A DNA stretch of 64,000 nt from Pseudomonadota bacterium (GCA_039039885.1 JBCCPG010000007.1:34065-98064), one strand, 5' to 3'. Shown: positions 29,755 to 42,032, counted from the first letter of the stretch. Numbers and translations are program-made. Notes: generated by a model not told the origin, from the sequence alone.

Positions 29755-31674
29755 ATGCGCAAAGCGTGGATGGGTTTGGCAATGGTTGGTGCTGGCGCGC
29801 TGGGTCTCGCGGCTTGCAGCAGCGAAGCGGATGTTGATCCGTCACAGACCGGAAATGGTGAAGGGACGACTGAGCTCGCTGAGTTTCCTGATCGACCCTA
29901 TTGGGGCGACACTCACCTCCATACCGACAATTCTGTCGACGCTTTCGGTTTTGGCGTGCGCCTAGGACCAGAAGCAGCGCTGCGTTTTGCGCGTGGAGAA
30001 ACCGTGACTGCTACGACGGGCAGCGAAGCGCAGCTCGCCCGGCCACTCGACTTCCTTGTGATCTCTGACCACTCTGATGCACTGGGCGCGACGCGGCGGC
30101 TCTATGATGCTCCGCGCTGGTATGTCTCCTGGGTTATCGGCGATGAGACCGTCTTGCGCTGGTATGACATGATGCATGAAAGCCCCGAGCAATCTCAGCT
30201 CGCCGTGGCGGAAATCATCACCCGCGCGGCTACAGGTATGGTGCCTGAAGCGCTTGCCGACCCTGAAGCGCAGCGCGAAGCAACCGAGGAAATCTGGGCA
30301 GCGCATCTCGAAATGCTCGACCGCTATAATGAGCCAGGCACTTTCACTGCGCTTGCCGGCTATGAGTGGACTGCCATGCCCGACGGCAACAATCTGCACC
30401 GGGTTGTGATGTTTCGCGATGGCCGTGAGAAGACCGGGCAGATGCTGCCCTTTCCCGGCCTCAACACCACCGCTCAAGGGCTTTGGAAGCAAATGCAGAG
30501 CTACATGGACACCACCGGTGGTCAGGTGCTCGCAATCCCGCACAATCCAAACCTTTCCAACGGTTTGATGTTCGAGACAACCTTGCCTGACGGCTCGCCC
30601 ATGACGGTCGAATATGCCGAAATGCGTGCGCGGATGGAGCCAGTGGTCGAGGTCACTCAGATCAAGGGCGACAGCGAAACGCATCCGTTAGTGTCTCCCA
30701 ATGACGAGATGGCGGGTTTTGGTGTTGCGGGCTGGGAGCTTGGCAACCTCCCGCTGACTGCGAAGACGGAGCCGGAAATGCTGCCTGGTTCCTACGCCCG
30801 CTCGGCGCTGTTGCGTGGGTTGAGCCTTGAGGCACAACTGGGCGTGAACCCCTACGCTTTTGGCATGATCGGATCGACCGACAGTCACACGTCCTTAGCG
30901 ACAGGCGATGAGGACAATTTCTACGGCAAGCATACCGGGAACGAGCCTTCATATCAGGACCGCGCGACATCAGCGCAAAACCTTGGCACACGGGTTGGAC
31001 GGTTCGGATGGCACTATCTTGCCGGAGGTTATGCCGCCGCCTGGGCGAGGGGGAATACACGGGCCGAGATATTCGATGCTTTTGCCCGCCGCGAAGTCTA
31101 CGCCACAACCGGTCCGCGCATGAATGTGCGCGTGTTTGGCGGTTTTGATTTCGAAAGCAGTGACTGGGACGACGATTGGGTTCGCGCAGGCTACACCCGC
31201 GGGGTGCCCATGGGAGGAGAGCTCACCGATCAAGGTAAGGCCCCCAGCTTTCTCATCAACGCCTTAAAGGACCCTGATGGAGCAAATCTTGACCGTGTCC
31301 AGGTGGTCAAAGGGTGGATCGATGCCTCCGGCAACACGCAGGAGCGGGTCTACGAGGTTGTTTGGAGCGACGCTGAAACGAGGCCTCTGCGCGCCGGACG
31401 TATCCCGGCTGTGGGCGACACGGTGAACCGCGAGGACGCGACCTACACCAACACGATTGGGGCGGCAGAGCTACGTACGACTTGGAGCGATCCCGATTAC
31501 GTCGCGGGCCAAAGCGCGTTTTATTATGTCCGCGTGCTTGAAATCCCGACCCCGCGCTGGACTTTGTTCGATGCAGTTCGTTTCGGATATGAGCTGACTG
31601 GCGATGCTCTGGAGGATGCTGTCGCGCAAGAGCGGGCTTACACTTCGCCGATCTGGTTGAAGCCCGCCGCATGA
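29755..31674 (+). CDS. DUF3604 family lipoprotein (PHP-like metallohydrolase)
   Basis: Lipobox LAAC; WGDTHLHT, SDH, YEWT, HN.NLSNG, GSTDSH, QERAYTSPIW. Confidence 0.85.
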   Translation: MRKAWMGLAMVGAGALGLAACSSEADVDPSQTGNGEGTTELAEFPDRPYWGDTHLHTDNSVDAFGFGVRLGPEAALRFARGETVTATTGSEAQLARPLDFLVISDHSDALGATRRLYDAPRWYVSWVIGDETVLRWYDMMHESPEQSQLAVAEIITRAATGMVPEALADPEAQREATEEIWAAHLEMLDRYNEPGTFTALAGYEWTAMPDGNNLHRVVMFRDGREKTGQMLPFPGLNTTAQGLWKQMQSYMDTTGGQVLAIPHNPNLSNGLMFETTLPDGSPMTVEYAEMRARMEPVVEVTQIKGDSETHPLVSPNDEMAGFGVAGWELGNLPLTAKTEPEMLPGSYARSALLRGLSLEAQLGVNPYAFGMIGSTDSHTSLATGDEDNFYGKHTGNEPSYQDRATSAQNLGTRVGRFGWHYLAGGYAAAWARGNTRAEIFDAFARREVYATTGPRMNVRVFGGFDFESSDWDDDWVRAGYTRGVPMGGELTDQGKAPSFLINALKDPDGANLDRVQVVKGWIDASGNTQERVYEVVWSDAETRPLRAGRIPAVGDTVNREDATYTNTIGAAELRTTWSDPDYVAGQSAFYYVRVLEIPTPRWTLFDAVRFGYELTGDALEDAVAQERAYTSPIWLKPAA

Positions 31675-32459
31675 CGCTCCCGGCATGGGCAAAAGAACCG
31701 CTGGTTCACTTTCTGGCGCTGGGCGCGTTCGTCTATGTCGCTCTCACATGGGGCGGCACGCCGGTTGACCCGGGATCGCGAGTGATTGACGTCGATGGCG
31801 AGAGGCAAGCAGAGCTGGCGCTCGCCTTTGAACGCACGATGGGTCGCTCGCCTACCGATGCAGAGCTTGACGCTGCGATCAAGAAATATGTCCGCGACGA
31901 AGTGCTCTATCGAGAAGGTCTACGGATCGGGCTCGGGGACGGAGACGCAGTCGTCCGTCAGCGCATCATCACAAAGATGGACATGTCTGCGGCGTTGGCG
32001 GCGGAAACTGCCGATCCATCGGATGCGACTTTGCGCGCTTTCTTTGAAGCGGACCTCGCTCGCTACGCTGGACCTGGGACGGTCAGTTTCGATCAGCTCT
32101 ATTTTGAATCTCAGGCAGAGGCTGTCGACGCTCTGGCTCAAGGCATTGACAAGGGGCGACCGATCAGCCTTCCGGCTAGCGTCGATGGTCTAGCTATGCG
32201 CGAGGTGACGACCCGCTTTGGCGAGTTGTTCTCTCGAACTCTTGGACCGCTTGAAGTTAGCGAGGACTGGCAAGGACCGCTGCCCTCAGGCTTTGGCTGG
32301 CATCTGGTCCGTTTGCGCTCGCGCGAATTGGGTGAGGCAAACTTCGCGGTTCAGCGGGAACGCGTGCTCAACGATTGGCGGAGCGCTGAAATCGAATCGC
32401 GCAAAGAGCGGGCATATGAAGGCCTAAAAAGCGCCTATCGGATCGAGGTGGATCGGTGA
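31671..32459 (+). CDS. Parvulin-like peptidyl-prolyl isomerase / chaperone
   Basis: KEPLVHFL, REG..LG..D.VVRQR, W.GP..SGFGWHLV. Confidence 0.78.
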   Translation: MTLPAWAKEPLVHFLALGAFVYVALTWGGTPVDPGSRVIDVDGERQAELALAFERTMGRSPTDAELDAAIKKYVRDEVLYREGLRIGLGDGDAVVRQRIITKMDMSAALAAETADPSDATLRAFFEADLARYAGPGTVSFDQLYFESQAEAVDALAQGIDKGRPISLPASVDGLAMREVTTRFGELFSRTLGPLEVSEDWQGPLPSGFGWHLVRLRSRELGEANFAVQRERVLNDWRSAEIESRKERAYEGLKSAYRIEVDR

Positions 32460-33472
32460 TCCGGCTCCTTTGCGCCTTTCTTGTGGCGCTGCTTTGCCCT
32501 CTTTTCCTCGCGCCAGTCGCTGCTGACGAGTTGCGCCCTTCGGTGATCGAGCTGCGGGAAGGGGAGGGCGGCGCTTACACCTTGGACTGGAAATTGACCG
32601 TCCCGGCAAGTCGCGCTCGGCAGGCTTCGCAGGAAGGGGTGCTGCTTGCCGAGCCAGTGATACCTGCAAGCTGCGTGATAAAGGGCGAGCCGGTACAGCG
32701 AGCAGCAGCATTGACGCTGTTTGGCCGGGCTAATCTCGACTGTGAAGGGACGCTCCAAGGCGAGAGCTTCGGCCTGACCGAGCTGATCGGTCGTTCCGAT
32801 GCGATAGCGCGGATGATCCCATCAGATCGCCCGGTACAGACCTTTCGGCTGACCGCTGATGCGCCGTTGGCAACCATCCGGGCCGAACCCGGTACGTTCG
32901 ACGTGCTGCGCGACTATTTCATCATCGGCGCGGAACATATCCTTTTTGGCTGGGACCATCTGCTGTTCGTAATCGCGCTTGTCTTTCTGATCCGACAGCC
33001 TTGGCCTGTCATCAAAGCTGCGACGGCCTTTACAGTTGCCCATTCCATCACTTTGGTGGCGACAACACTGGGCTATGCCGGTTTGCCGAGCCGCCCGGTC
33101 GAAGCTCTGATCGCGCTTTCGATTGTCTTTCTTGCGGTTGAGGTCGCGTTGGTTCTCCGCGATCCTGGTCGCATGACGCTAACTCGCCGGTCTCCTTGGG
33201 CTGTGGCTTTCGCCTTCGGCCTTTTTCACGGCTTTGGATTTGCTGGGGCGCTTGCCGATATCGGCCTGCCTTCAGGAGAGATTGCGGCGGCGCTCTTGGC
33301 GTTCAATCTTGGGGTTGAGGCTGGCCAATTGCTCATCGTTGCAGCGCTCGTCATACTGCTTGCGCTTGCGTCGAGGATTATGCCCAAGCTGGAAGCGCCT
33401 GCGCTTAAACTCGCAACCTATGCAATCGGGACGATCGGCAGCTTCTGGCTGATCGAACGCGTGATGGGTTAG
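32456..33472 (+). CDS. HupE/UreJ family membrane protein
   Basis: G.EHIL.G.DHLLFV, FT.AHSITL, FGLFHG.GFA, FNLGVE.GQ. Confidence 0.88.
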   Translation: MIRLLCAFLVALLCPLFLAPVAADELRPSVIELREGEGGAYTLDWKLTVPASRARQASQEGVLLAEPVIPASCVIKGEPVQRAAALTLFGRANLDCEGTLQGESFGLTELIGRSDAIARMIPSDRPVQTFRLTADAPLATIRAEPGTFDVLRDYFIIGAEHILFGWDHLLFVIALVFLIRQPWPVIKAATAFTVAHSITLVATTLGYAGLPSRPVEALIALSIVFLAVEVALVLRDPGRMTLTRRSPWAVAFAFGLFHGFGFAGALADIGLPSGEIAAALLAFNLGVEAGQLLIVAALVILLALASRIMPKLEAPALKLATYAIGTIGSFWLIERVMG

Positions 33473-34941
33473 CCGCCTGATTGCTCGGTCATTTGAGACA
33501 TTGCCTGAAGTCCATCGCCACCTAGAGCCTGCCACAAGACGATTCGTGCGCGTTCGGCCCGCCCGGAAGCAGCCGCAGCGCGCTCTCCGCTTGCGTCCGC
33601 AGCACGGCGCGCTTCGAGCACTTCGAGAAAGCTCGCTAAACCTGCGCGATAGCGATCATTGGCAAGCGATGCGGCGCGCTCAAGCATGTCGCGTTCTTCA
33701 GCTGCAAGAGCAGCTTCCTCGTCGGCTGCGTTGATGAGGCCATAGGCTGCCTCGGCATCGCCCAACGCTTGGAACACTGCGCCGCGATAGGCCTGGAATG
33801 CGACACGTTTATTGGCCGCGGCGCCATCAATCTCAGCTTCAAGTCGACCAAAGTCGAGCAAAGGCGCAGCTATGCCAGCGGTCAGAGTGCGAACAGCAGA
33901 ATCGCTATCAAACAGATCTTCAGGATCAAAGGCGAGCAGGCCCAGAACCGCTGACAAGGTCAGCCGAGGGAAACGCGCACGGGCAGCTGCAGCCAGGTCG
34001 GCATCGCTAGCGGCAAGTTCTGCAGCGGCGGCGATCACATCCGGGCGATTGGCGAGCAGATCTGACGGTAGAGCAGCAGGCGCAGCAAGGCTTTGCGACG
34101 CCGGGGCGGCTTGGCTGAGCGCTGCAGCGACATCTGCAGCCGGCATTCCGGTCAAAGTCACCAACCGGCCAACAATGCGCACCCGCTCGCTCTGAAGACC
34201 TGCGAGCCGGGAGCGCGAGGCGCTTGCCGCAGCTTCAGCGCGGACACGGTCAAAACCCGGCGCGATCCCCGCTTCCTCACGGCTTCGTGCGAGGCTTGCT
34301 AACTGGGTGGCAGCCTCGACATCTGCTTCGATCGCTTGGCTGCGCGCTTCAAGGGTGCGCCAATCAATCACGCTTGTCGCAATCTCTCCCATGAGCGCTA
34401 TCCGCACCGCCGCAGCGCCGGCGCTGGCGGCATCAATCCGGGCAACAGCGGCGCGTTCCTGCGCGCGCAGGGTGCCGAACAGATCGGCGTCCCAGCGTGC
34501 AGTGAGGTTGGCACCATAGGAGACCTGCGTGGTGTCGATCGCTTGTGCAAAAGGGTTGTCAGAGCCGAATTGGGCCGGGTTGATACGGCTCTCAGTGACG
34601 TTGGCATCTACTCCGATATTTGGCAGCCGCTCTGCCCCCGCACGGCGCGCGCCAGCGCGGGCGGCATCGATCCGGGCGAGCGCTTCGGTAAGGCTGGGGG
34701 AAGAGTCCAGAACGCTACCCGCCAGTTTGTTGAATGCAGCGTCATTGCTCGGCAGCAACGCCTCAAGGCCAGCGCGCGACGTTGTGTCTGGCATGTAGAG
34801 GAATTCCGCAGGCAGCTGGGGCGTCGGAGTGGCGATCTCAGGTGGTGGACCAGCAACACAGGCGGCGAGTGAAAGGCTCAGACCGGCAAGAGCAAGGCGG
34901 GTTGATTGCAAACGCATCATCCTACTCCGCGGCTTCGCCAT
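33469..34941 (-). CDS. Outer-membrane efflux factor (OprM/NodT family lipoprotein)
   Basis: Lipobox LAAC; W.ADLFG, L..RPDV.AA, RYRAG...F.EVL; start may be at 34920. Confidence 0.9.
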   Translation of the reverse strand: MAKPRSRMMRLQSTRLALAGLSLSLAACVAGPPPEIATPTPQLPAEFLYMPDTTSRAGLEALLPSNDAAFNKLAGSVLDSSPSLTEALARIDAARAGARRAGAERLPNIGVDANVTESRINPAQFGSDNPFAQAIDTTQVSYGANLTARWDADLFGTLRAQERAAVARIDAASAGAAAVRIALMGEIATSVIDWRTLEARSQAIEADVEAATQLASLARSREEAGIAPGFDRVRAEAAASASRSRLAGLQSERVRIVGRLVTLTGMPAADVAAALSQAAPASQSLAAPAALPSDLLANRPDVIAAAAELAASDADLAAAARARFPRLTLSAVLGLLAFDPEDLFDSDSAVRTLTAGIAAPLLDFGRLEAEIDGAAANKRVAFQAYRGAVFQALGDAEAAYGLINAADEEAALAAEERDMLERAASLANDRYRAGLASFLEVLEARRAADASGERAAAASGRAERARIVLWQALGGDGLQAMSQMTEQSGG

Positions 34942-35914
34942 CTACAGCGGGGATGAAGGCATCGATCTGCTGGCCGACACGGAACGCATCCGCTTCACCG
35001 TTCTGCGGCAACGCGTAAATCAGTTGCAGAACGCGCACATCGACCCGTTCAGCCGCGCTGTTGGTCAGCGAGCGCTTGGGCACGACTTGCGGCTCTGCGC
35101 GAACGAATGTGGCTGCCACACGAAGCTCAGCAGCGCCTCGAGGAGAGATGATGGCTTCTGCCCCCATCTTGACACGGACAGCTTCGTTCTCGTCAATATC
35201 GACCCTGACATGGAGCGGGTTTGTCTCACCCATCTGGATGAAAGGTTCAGAACTGCCGCCTTGAGTTGCGACAAACTCGCCAGGACGAACATTGACGGCG
35301 AGAATCTCTCCCGCAATCGGAGCGCGCACGGTCAGACGCTCGACTTCGGTTCGTGCGCTGGCCGCGCTGGCCTGGGCTGCTGCCAAACGGGCGCGAGCGA
35401 GGTCGAGCCGACTTTCCGCAGCGGCTGCGTCACCTTCGGCGCGGATCACTTCCGAACGACTGACCGCAGCTGGATCATCCAGGCCTTCGTATAGCGCCAG
35501 TTGCTGTGCCGCAGTGGATTGCGCGGTCTGCGCTTCGGCGATCGCGGCGCGGGCTTCGCGGATGGCCGCATTGGCTTCGGTAAGCCGGGCGCGAGCGGCA
35601 CGGGCATCGACGAAGAATAGCGGCTGGCCTTTCTCGACCCGGTCACCTGGTTCGACCCGCACGTCAGTGACTAGGCCTGACAAAGCCGACCCGATGTCGA
35701 TCACCTCGCTCGCTGGCTCCACAATACCCGACCCTGCGACACGCGCACCATCAGCCAATGCTCCAGTAGCTTTGGGCGGTTCGTTCTCAGGTTCAGCAAG
35801 CTCGCGATCTGGCAGATTGGCCCAGATGTAGAATGCGGCAAAGACAATGCCGACCACTGCAAGCAAGGGGAGGATTTGCCGTGAAAAGCTGAGATTGGAG
35901 GGAAGTAAGGACAT
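34922..35914 (-). CDS. Periplasmic adaptor (membrane fusion protein)
   Basis: N-terminal TM; V..GD.V.KGQPLF, VRAPIAGEI. Confidence 0.9.
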   Translation of the reverse strand: MSLLPSNLSFSRQILPLLAVVGIVFAAFYIWANLPDRELAEPENEPPKATGALADGARVAGSGIVEPASEVIDIGSALSGLVTDVRVEPGDRVEKGQPLFFVDARAARARLTEANAAIREARAAIAEAQTAQSTAAQQLALYEGLDDPAAVSRSEVIRAEGDAAAAESRLDLARARLAAAQASAASARTEVERLTVRAPIAGEILAVNVRPGEFVATQGGSSEPFIQMGETNPLHVRVDIDENEAVRVKMGAEAIISPRGAAELRVAATFVRAEPQVVPKRSLTNSAAERVDVRVLQLIYALPQNGEADAFRVGQQIDAFIPAVDGEAAE

Positions 35915-35957
35915 TTCGGGTTTTTCCGTTGAGGGGGCTCAGATAGGTGCTTTGGGT

Positions 35958-36704
35958 TCAGTGATCGTCAGGCATCTCGGTGCCGTCATGGGTCACACGC
36001 CCGTCTTCGAGGACAAGGATACGGTCAGCGAGATCGAAGATGCGGTTGTCGTGGGTCACAATGATGCATGCTCGGTCAGGTGCGACGGCGACTTCCCGAA
36101 GGAGGTCCATGACCCGCCGGCCGGAACTCGCATCGAGCGCCGCGGTTGGTTCGTCACACACCACCAGACGCGGTTCATGCACCAAGGCGCGGGCGATCGC
36201 GACACGTTGCTGTTGTCCGCCAGATAGTTGGCGCGGAAGCTTGTCTGCCTGATCGCCAATATTGAGCTTCTCGAGCAGGACTTTCGCTTTCTCGCGCGCC
36301 TCCTCGATTTCCATCCCCTTCGCGATCAAAGGGACCGCGGCATTGGCTGCCGCGTCGATCGAAGGGATAAGATTATACTGCTGGAAGATGAAACCGATAT
36401 TGTTGAGTCGGAAGTCGACAAGCTCGCTGTCAGACAAGTTGTAGATGTCGGTGCCAAACACCTTCACTTCCCCCTCGGTCGGCCAAAGGATCCCACACAT
36501 GATTGATATGAGCGTGGTTTTGCCAGACCCACTCTCTCCAACCACGTAGGTCATTTCGCCCGGCTTGATGTCGGTGTCGATCCCGTGGAGCACGCGAATG
36601 GTCGATTGACCGGCCTGAAAATCGCGCACGATCCCCCGTGCGCAAATCGCAGCATCGGGAGCGCAACCGCCAATCGCTGTGGTGTCCATAGGAGGAGGGC
36701 TCAC
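35958..36704 (-). CDS. ABC transporter ATP-binding protein (MacB/DevA/LolD-like)
   Basis: [38 protein letters not shown]. Confidence 0.93.
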   Translation of the reverse strand: MSPPPMDTTAIGGCAPDAAICARGIVRDFQAGQSTIRVLHGIDTDIKPGEMTYVVGESGSGKTTLISIMCGILWPTEGEVKVFGTDIYNLSDSELVDFRLNNIGFIFQQYNLIPSIDAAANAAVPLIAKGMEIEEAREKAKVLLEKLNIGDQADKLPRQLSGGQQQRVAIARALVHEPRLVVCDEPTAALDASSGRRVMDLLREVAVAPDRACIIVTHDNRIFDLADRILVLEDGRVTHDGTEMPDDH

Positions 36705-37837
36705 CGGAACACCGCCGCAGGTTCAGTGCTCAACACGCTGCGCAAGGCGAGCCAGCCGGTGATCGCAAGAATAACGATCACGGCAGCCAAGCTTATGATG
36801 GGGATCTGCCAGGGGATGTAGAAGCCCTTGAAGAATGGGTTACCGGAGAAGGCCCACATGAAAACCGCCGTGCCGATCACGCCGAGAAAATATCCCACCG
36901 TTCCAACGAGGCCCGCTTGCGCGCCGACCATTCGAACGATTTTTCCATTAGTGACGCCGATTGCCTTCAAAGCGCCAAATTGTTTGATGTTGTCGCGTAT
37001 GAACAGACTAAAGGTGAGCCCGACAATCGCGACACCAACAACGAAGCCAAGGATAACCGTAATCCCGAAATTGGTGGGGATGCCAGTATTCTCGATAATG
37101 AAGTCGACCCCGGCGCGGGCAAATTCATCGCGGGTTTCTGCTTTGAGGCCGGTCTGTTCCTCAATCCGGGCCGCGACCTGTTCGGCAGACTGTCCGTCAG
37201 CGATACCGACCAAGACAAAAGTCAGGCGATTGCGTGTGCCTGGCACATAGTTCAACACGCGGCTATATTTCGTGTAGAGGACAGCGGTGCTGGTAAAGGC
37301 GGGAATGGTGTCGGCCACACCGCGAATGACGGCGCGCTGATCGTTCAGCTCCAACCGCTCGCCAATCGGGTCAACGCCCGCGCCAAACATATTGATCACT
37401 CCACCATCGTCGATAATGACCGAGTCAGGCTGCGACAGCACGTCCTTATTTCCGACATATAGGTTCTTGGGTAGGCCCACGAGTGTCGCATCGTCGACGC
37501 CGATAATCGCAACTTGCTCCAAATCGCCGCTGCGTGTGCGCACAGATGCGGCTGAACGCAGATGCGGCACTGCCCATTCGACGCCAGGCACTGACCGCAC
37601 TTCATCCAGCGCGGTTGCTGGCATAGCGTAGCTTACATCGGTGGTGCGGCTGACTGGGTCCATAACCCAAACCTCTGCCTCTGGCGCGTTGTACACGCCG
37701 CTCGCGCCGCGCTCGATCAGGTTGATGAAGATCGTCAGCTGTTGAGTGATGAGGAGGGTCGAGAATGCGATACCAAATAACAACCCGTAGAATTTCTGCG
37801 GGTCGCCGGTGAGCATTCGGATTGCAATCCAGAGCAT
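36701..37837 (-). CDS. ABC permease (FtsX/DevC-like)
   Basis: One N-terminal TM, large periplasmic domain, three C-terminal TMs; FGALKAIG, EPA.VFR; start ATG 37837 inferred. Confidence 0.88.
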   Translation of the reverse strand: MLWIAIRMLTGDPQKFYGLLFGIAFSTLLITQQLTIFINLIERGASGVYNAPEAEVWVMDPVSRTTDVSYAMPATALDEVRSVPGVEWAVPHLRSAASVRTRSGDLEQVAIIGVDDATLVGLPKNLYVGNKDVLSQPDSVIIDDGGVINMFGAGVDPIGERLELNDQRAVIRGVADTIPAFTSTAVLYTKYSRVLNYVPGTRNRLTFVLVGIADGQSAEQVAARIEEQTGLKAETRDEFARAGVDFIIENTGIPTNFGITVILGFVVGVAIVGLTFSLFIRDNIKQFGALKAIGVTNGKIVRMVGAQAGLVGTVGYFLGVIGTAVFMWAFSGNPFFKGFYIPWQIPIISLAAVIVILAITGWLALRSVLSTEPAAVFR

Positions 37838-37908
37838 TTTGAGGGGATGGGCCTTGGAAAAGAGGGGGTTAGGGGGAGGGGTTGCAGAACTTGAGGGAAT
37901 CGACAATA

Positions 37909-37944
37909 TTGAACGCTGTCGTTCAATTGAACGCGACCGTTCAT
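37909..37944. promoter_or_regulatory. Two tandem palindromic operators (probable TetR sites)
   Basis: TTGAACG-CTGT-CGTTCAA (37909-37926) directly followed by TTGAACG-CGAC-CGTTCAT (37927-37944), between divergent tetR and the exporter operon; minus-strand TTGACA at 37947-37952. Confidence 0.8.
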
Positions 37945-37983
37945 TTTGTCAACCGAGTAATTTCAAAAAGGTTCCAAGGATCC

Positions 37984-38625
37984 GTGTCTGTCATAGTTGA
38001 AAAGAAGAGACCGGGACGTCCGTCGGACGTTGCAAAGCGCGAAGCGATCGTCGCTGCGGCAAGCGACCGTTTTTTCGAGGATGGCTTTGCTGCGACATCC
38101 ATTGAGCAGGTCGCCGCCGATGCCGGTGTCTCCAAGGTCACAATCTATAATCACTTTGGTGACAAGCGCGCTTTGTTCGCTGCGGCTGTGACCCGCGAAT
38201 GCGAGAAGATGCGCGGTTATTTCAGCCTCGAAGCGATGCCAGCGGGAGACATTCGCGAGCGGCTTACATCGCTTGCCGAAGCCATGTACGCATTCCTTTC
38301 GCGCCCGGAAATGGTCCAGTTTGATCGCCGGATTGCAGCCGAGACGGAGTATGAGGCTTCGATCGGCAGAGCGTTCCTTGAAGCGGGACCATGGCGCATG
38401 AAAGCAGGCTTCAGCGCTTATCTCGCTCATGCATCTGACACAGGCGAACTTTCCATACCCGATCCCGAATTGGCAGCCGAGCAATTTGTCTCGATGGTCA
38501 AGGGTATGGGCGACATGGAGCGCCGGTTCGGGGTCACTCCCAGCGATGAAGAAAGCGCCAGCCGAATAGTCGGTGCGGTCAATGTCTTTCTTGCCGCTTA
38601 CGCGCCGGCTTCTTGCGCTGAGTGA
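37984..38625 (+). CDS. TetR/AcrR family regulator
   Basis: GRP, F...GF.ATSIEQVAADAGVSKVTIYNHFGDK HTH; GTG start inferred. Confidence 0.93.
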   Translation: MSVIVEKKRPGRPSDVAKREAIVAAASDRFFEDGFAATSIEQVAADAGVSKVTIYNHFGDKRALFAAAVTRECEKMRGYFSLEAMPAGDIRERLTSLAEAMYAFLSRPEMVQFDRRIAAETEYEASIGRAFLEAGPWRMKAGFSAYLAHASDTGELSIPDPELAAEQFVSMVKGMGDMERRFGVTPSDEESASRIVGAVNVFLAAYAPASCAE

Positions 38626-38653
38626 TCAGGTGCATTTTAGAGGCACGCATTTG

Positions 38654-38683
38654 CTTGCCATTCATCGTCCCGCACCTACATAT
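38654..38683 (+). promoter_or_regulatory. Putative RpoH (sigma32)-type promoter of ftsH
   Basis: CTTGCC-N15-CCTACATAT resembles the alphaproteobacterial CTTG...CCTATAT heat-shock consensus; ftsH is a typical target. Confidence 0.45.
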
Positions 38684-38710
38684 CTACCTTGAGAAAGGAC
38701 AAGATTTGTC

Positions 38711-40672
<1,962 letters not shown>

Positions 40673-40696
40673 AACGCTTGACCTAAACAGTTCTTG

Positions 40697-40731
40697 AAGG
40701 GCGCCCTGGCGATGGTCGGGGCGCCCTTTTT
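40697..40731 (+). terminator. Intrinsic terminator after ftsH (possibly bidirectional)
   Basis: AAGGGCGCCC...GGGCGCCCTTTTT hairpin between convergent genes. Confidence 0.85.
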
Positions 40732-40745
40732 GATGGGCCTGCCCT

Positions 40746-42032
40746 TTAGAACGCTCCTAATACGAGCAGGGCTTGAAGGAACAGAGCCAGCACCATCAGT
40801 ATGAAGATGAGCAGCGCAAAGAACCGCCAGATCGCTGAGAAACGTGACAGGTCATAGGTGTATTTGAGATGCTTGTAGACGTGAAGTGGAGCCGCGACTG
40901 TGAAGATCGCGAAAGCCCAACCGCCCCCGGCGTCGATGGGGCTCGCGGCAATCAGCGACATCGTAATGAACAGCAGCGACATGAAGCTCAACGAATAGGT
41001 CACAAAGATCGCGTGGTCATAGGCCTTGAACCGGCGTTTCCAGGCGAAGATCAACCACACAAACGGGATCGATAGCGGGATCAGCAGCCAACTGAATTTA
41101 TAGCCATTGGCCTGCAGCTTGTAGAGCATCAGGCTCGGGTTCGAGGTCCACTTCTCGAGAAACGAGTCAATGAAGCCCACGCCGGTCTGCTTGAGCGTGA
41201 CTGACCCCTCGGCAGTGGTTGTAATTGGTAGCACAGCTTCAAACTGCTCGAGATCTTCAATGCCTTGTTCGGCAGTGGCGATTTCAGAGGCAAGATCACG
41301 ATATTCCTGAGAACCTTCGGGAAGCGTCGCGAGCCTCTCATTGGCTGATGCCAACTCGTTTTCCCCGGCGGATTGCAAGTTATCGACGAAATCTGCGCTG
41401 CCGGACGTCAGCAGATTGGTGATGTTCTGTCCGCGCGTATCGAGCAGACCGAGATCGGTCTCAAGCCTCTCCCTCTCGATCTCGAGAGAAGCTCGGGTGG
41501 TATCGTCAAGCTCGGGCGCTGCGAGTTCTTCATCGATCCGGGCGATTTCTCCATTGATCGAGGCGCGTTCGGCTTCGAGCATTTGCGTCACCTGTGCGCG
41601 TGCATCTCCTGCAAGGTCTGTCGGTGCGGTGAGGCCCACCATCTGGAACACCGCAAACATGGCAAAGACGCTGAATAGGAACATCGCCATGGGGCTAACG
41701 AATTTGGCGCGCTCGCCTTCAATGTAGCGGCGGGTGAGTTTTCCCGGCCTGAAAACCAGCAGCGGCAAGGTCAGCCAGAACTTCCCGTCGAGGTGTAGCA
41801 CGCCGTGGATCAGGTCATGGAAGATCGCGGTAAGCGAACGGTGGACATGCGATTTCTGCCCGCAATTGTGGCAATAGGCAGCACCGTTGAGATCGGCTCC
41901 GCAATTGAGGCAAGTGTCGCCCCTCTCACCCGCGGGCCCCTCACCACTGCCATCAGGCTCCACCGCTTTGCCAACCAACGAGCCTTCGATGGCGGTGCCA
42001 ATTCCCTCAGCAATGTCACTCATCGCGTCCAA
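40746..42032 (-). CDS. DUF3667 domain membrane protein
   Basis: CLNCG....YCHNCGQ Zn-ribbon, RPG.LT..YI.G.R..FVSP, coiled-coil insert, C-terminal TMs. Confidence 0.8.
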   Translation of the reverse strand: MDAMSDIAEGIGTAIEGSLVGKAVEPDGSGEGPAGERGDTCLNCGADLNGAAYCHNCGQKSHVHRSLTAIFHDLIHGVLHLDGKFWLTLPLLVFRPGKLTRRYIEGERAKFVSPMAMFLFSVFAMFAVFQMVGLTAPTDLAGDARAQVTQMLEAERASINGEIARIDEELAAPELDDTTRASLEIERERLETDLGLLDTRGQNITNLLTSGSADFVDNLQSAGENELASANERLATLPEGSQEYRDLASEIATAEQGIEDLEQFEAVLPITTTAEGSVTLKQTGVGFIDSFLEKWTSNPSLMLYKLQANGYKFSWLLIPLSIPFVWLIFAWKRRFKAYDHAIFVTYSLSFMSLLFITMSLIAASPIDAGGGWAFAIFTVAAPLHVYKHLKYTYDLSRFSAIWRFFALLIFILMVLALFLQALLVLGAF

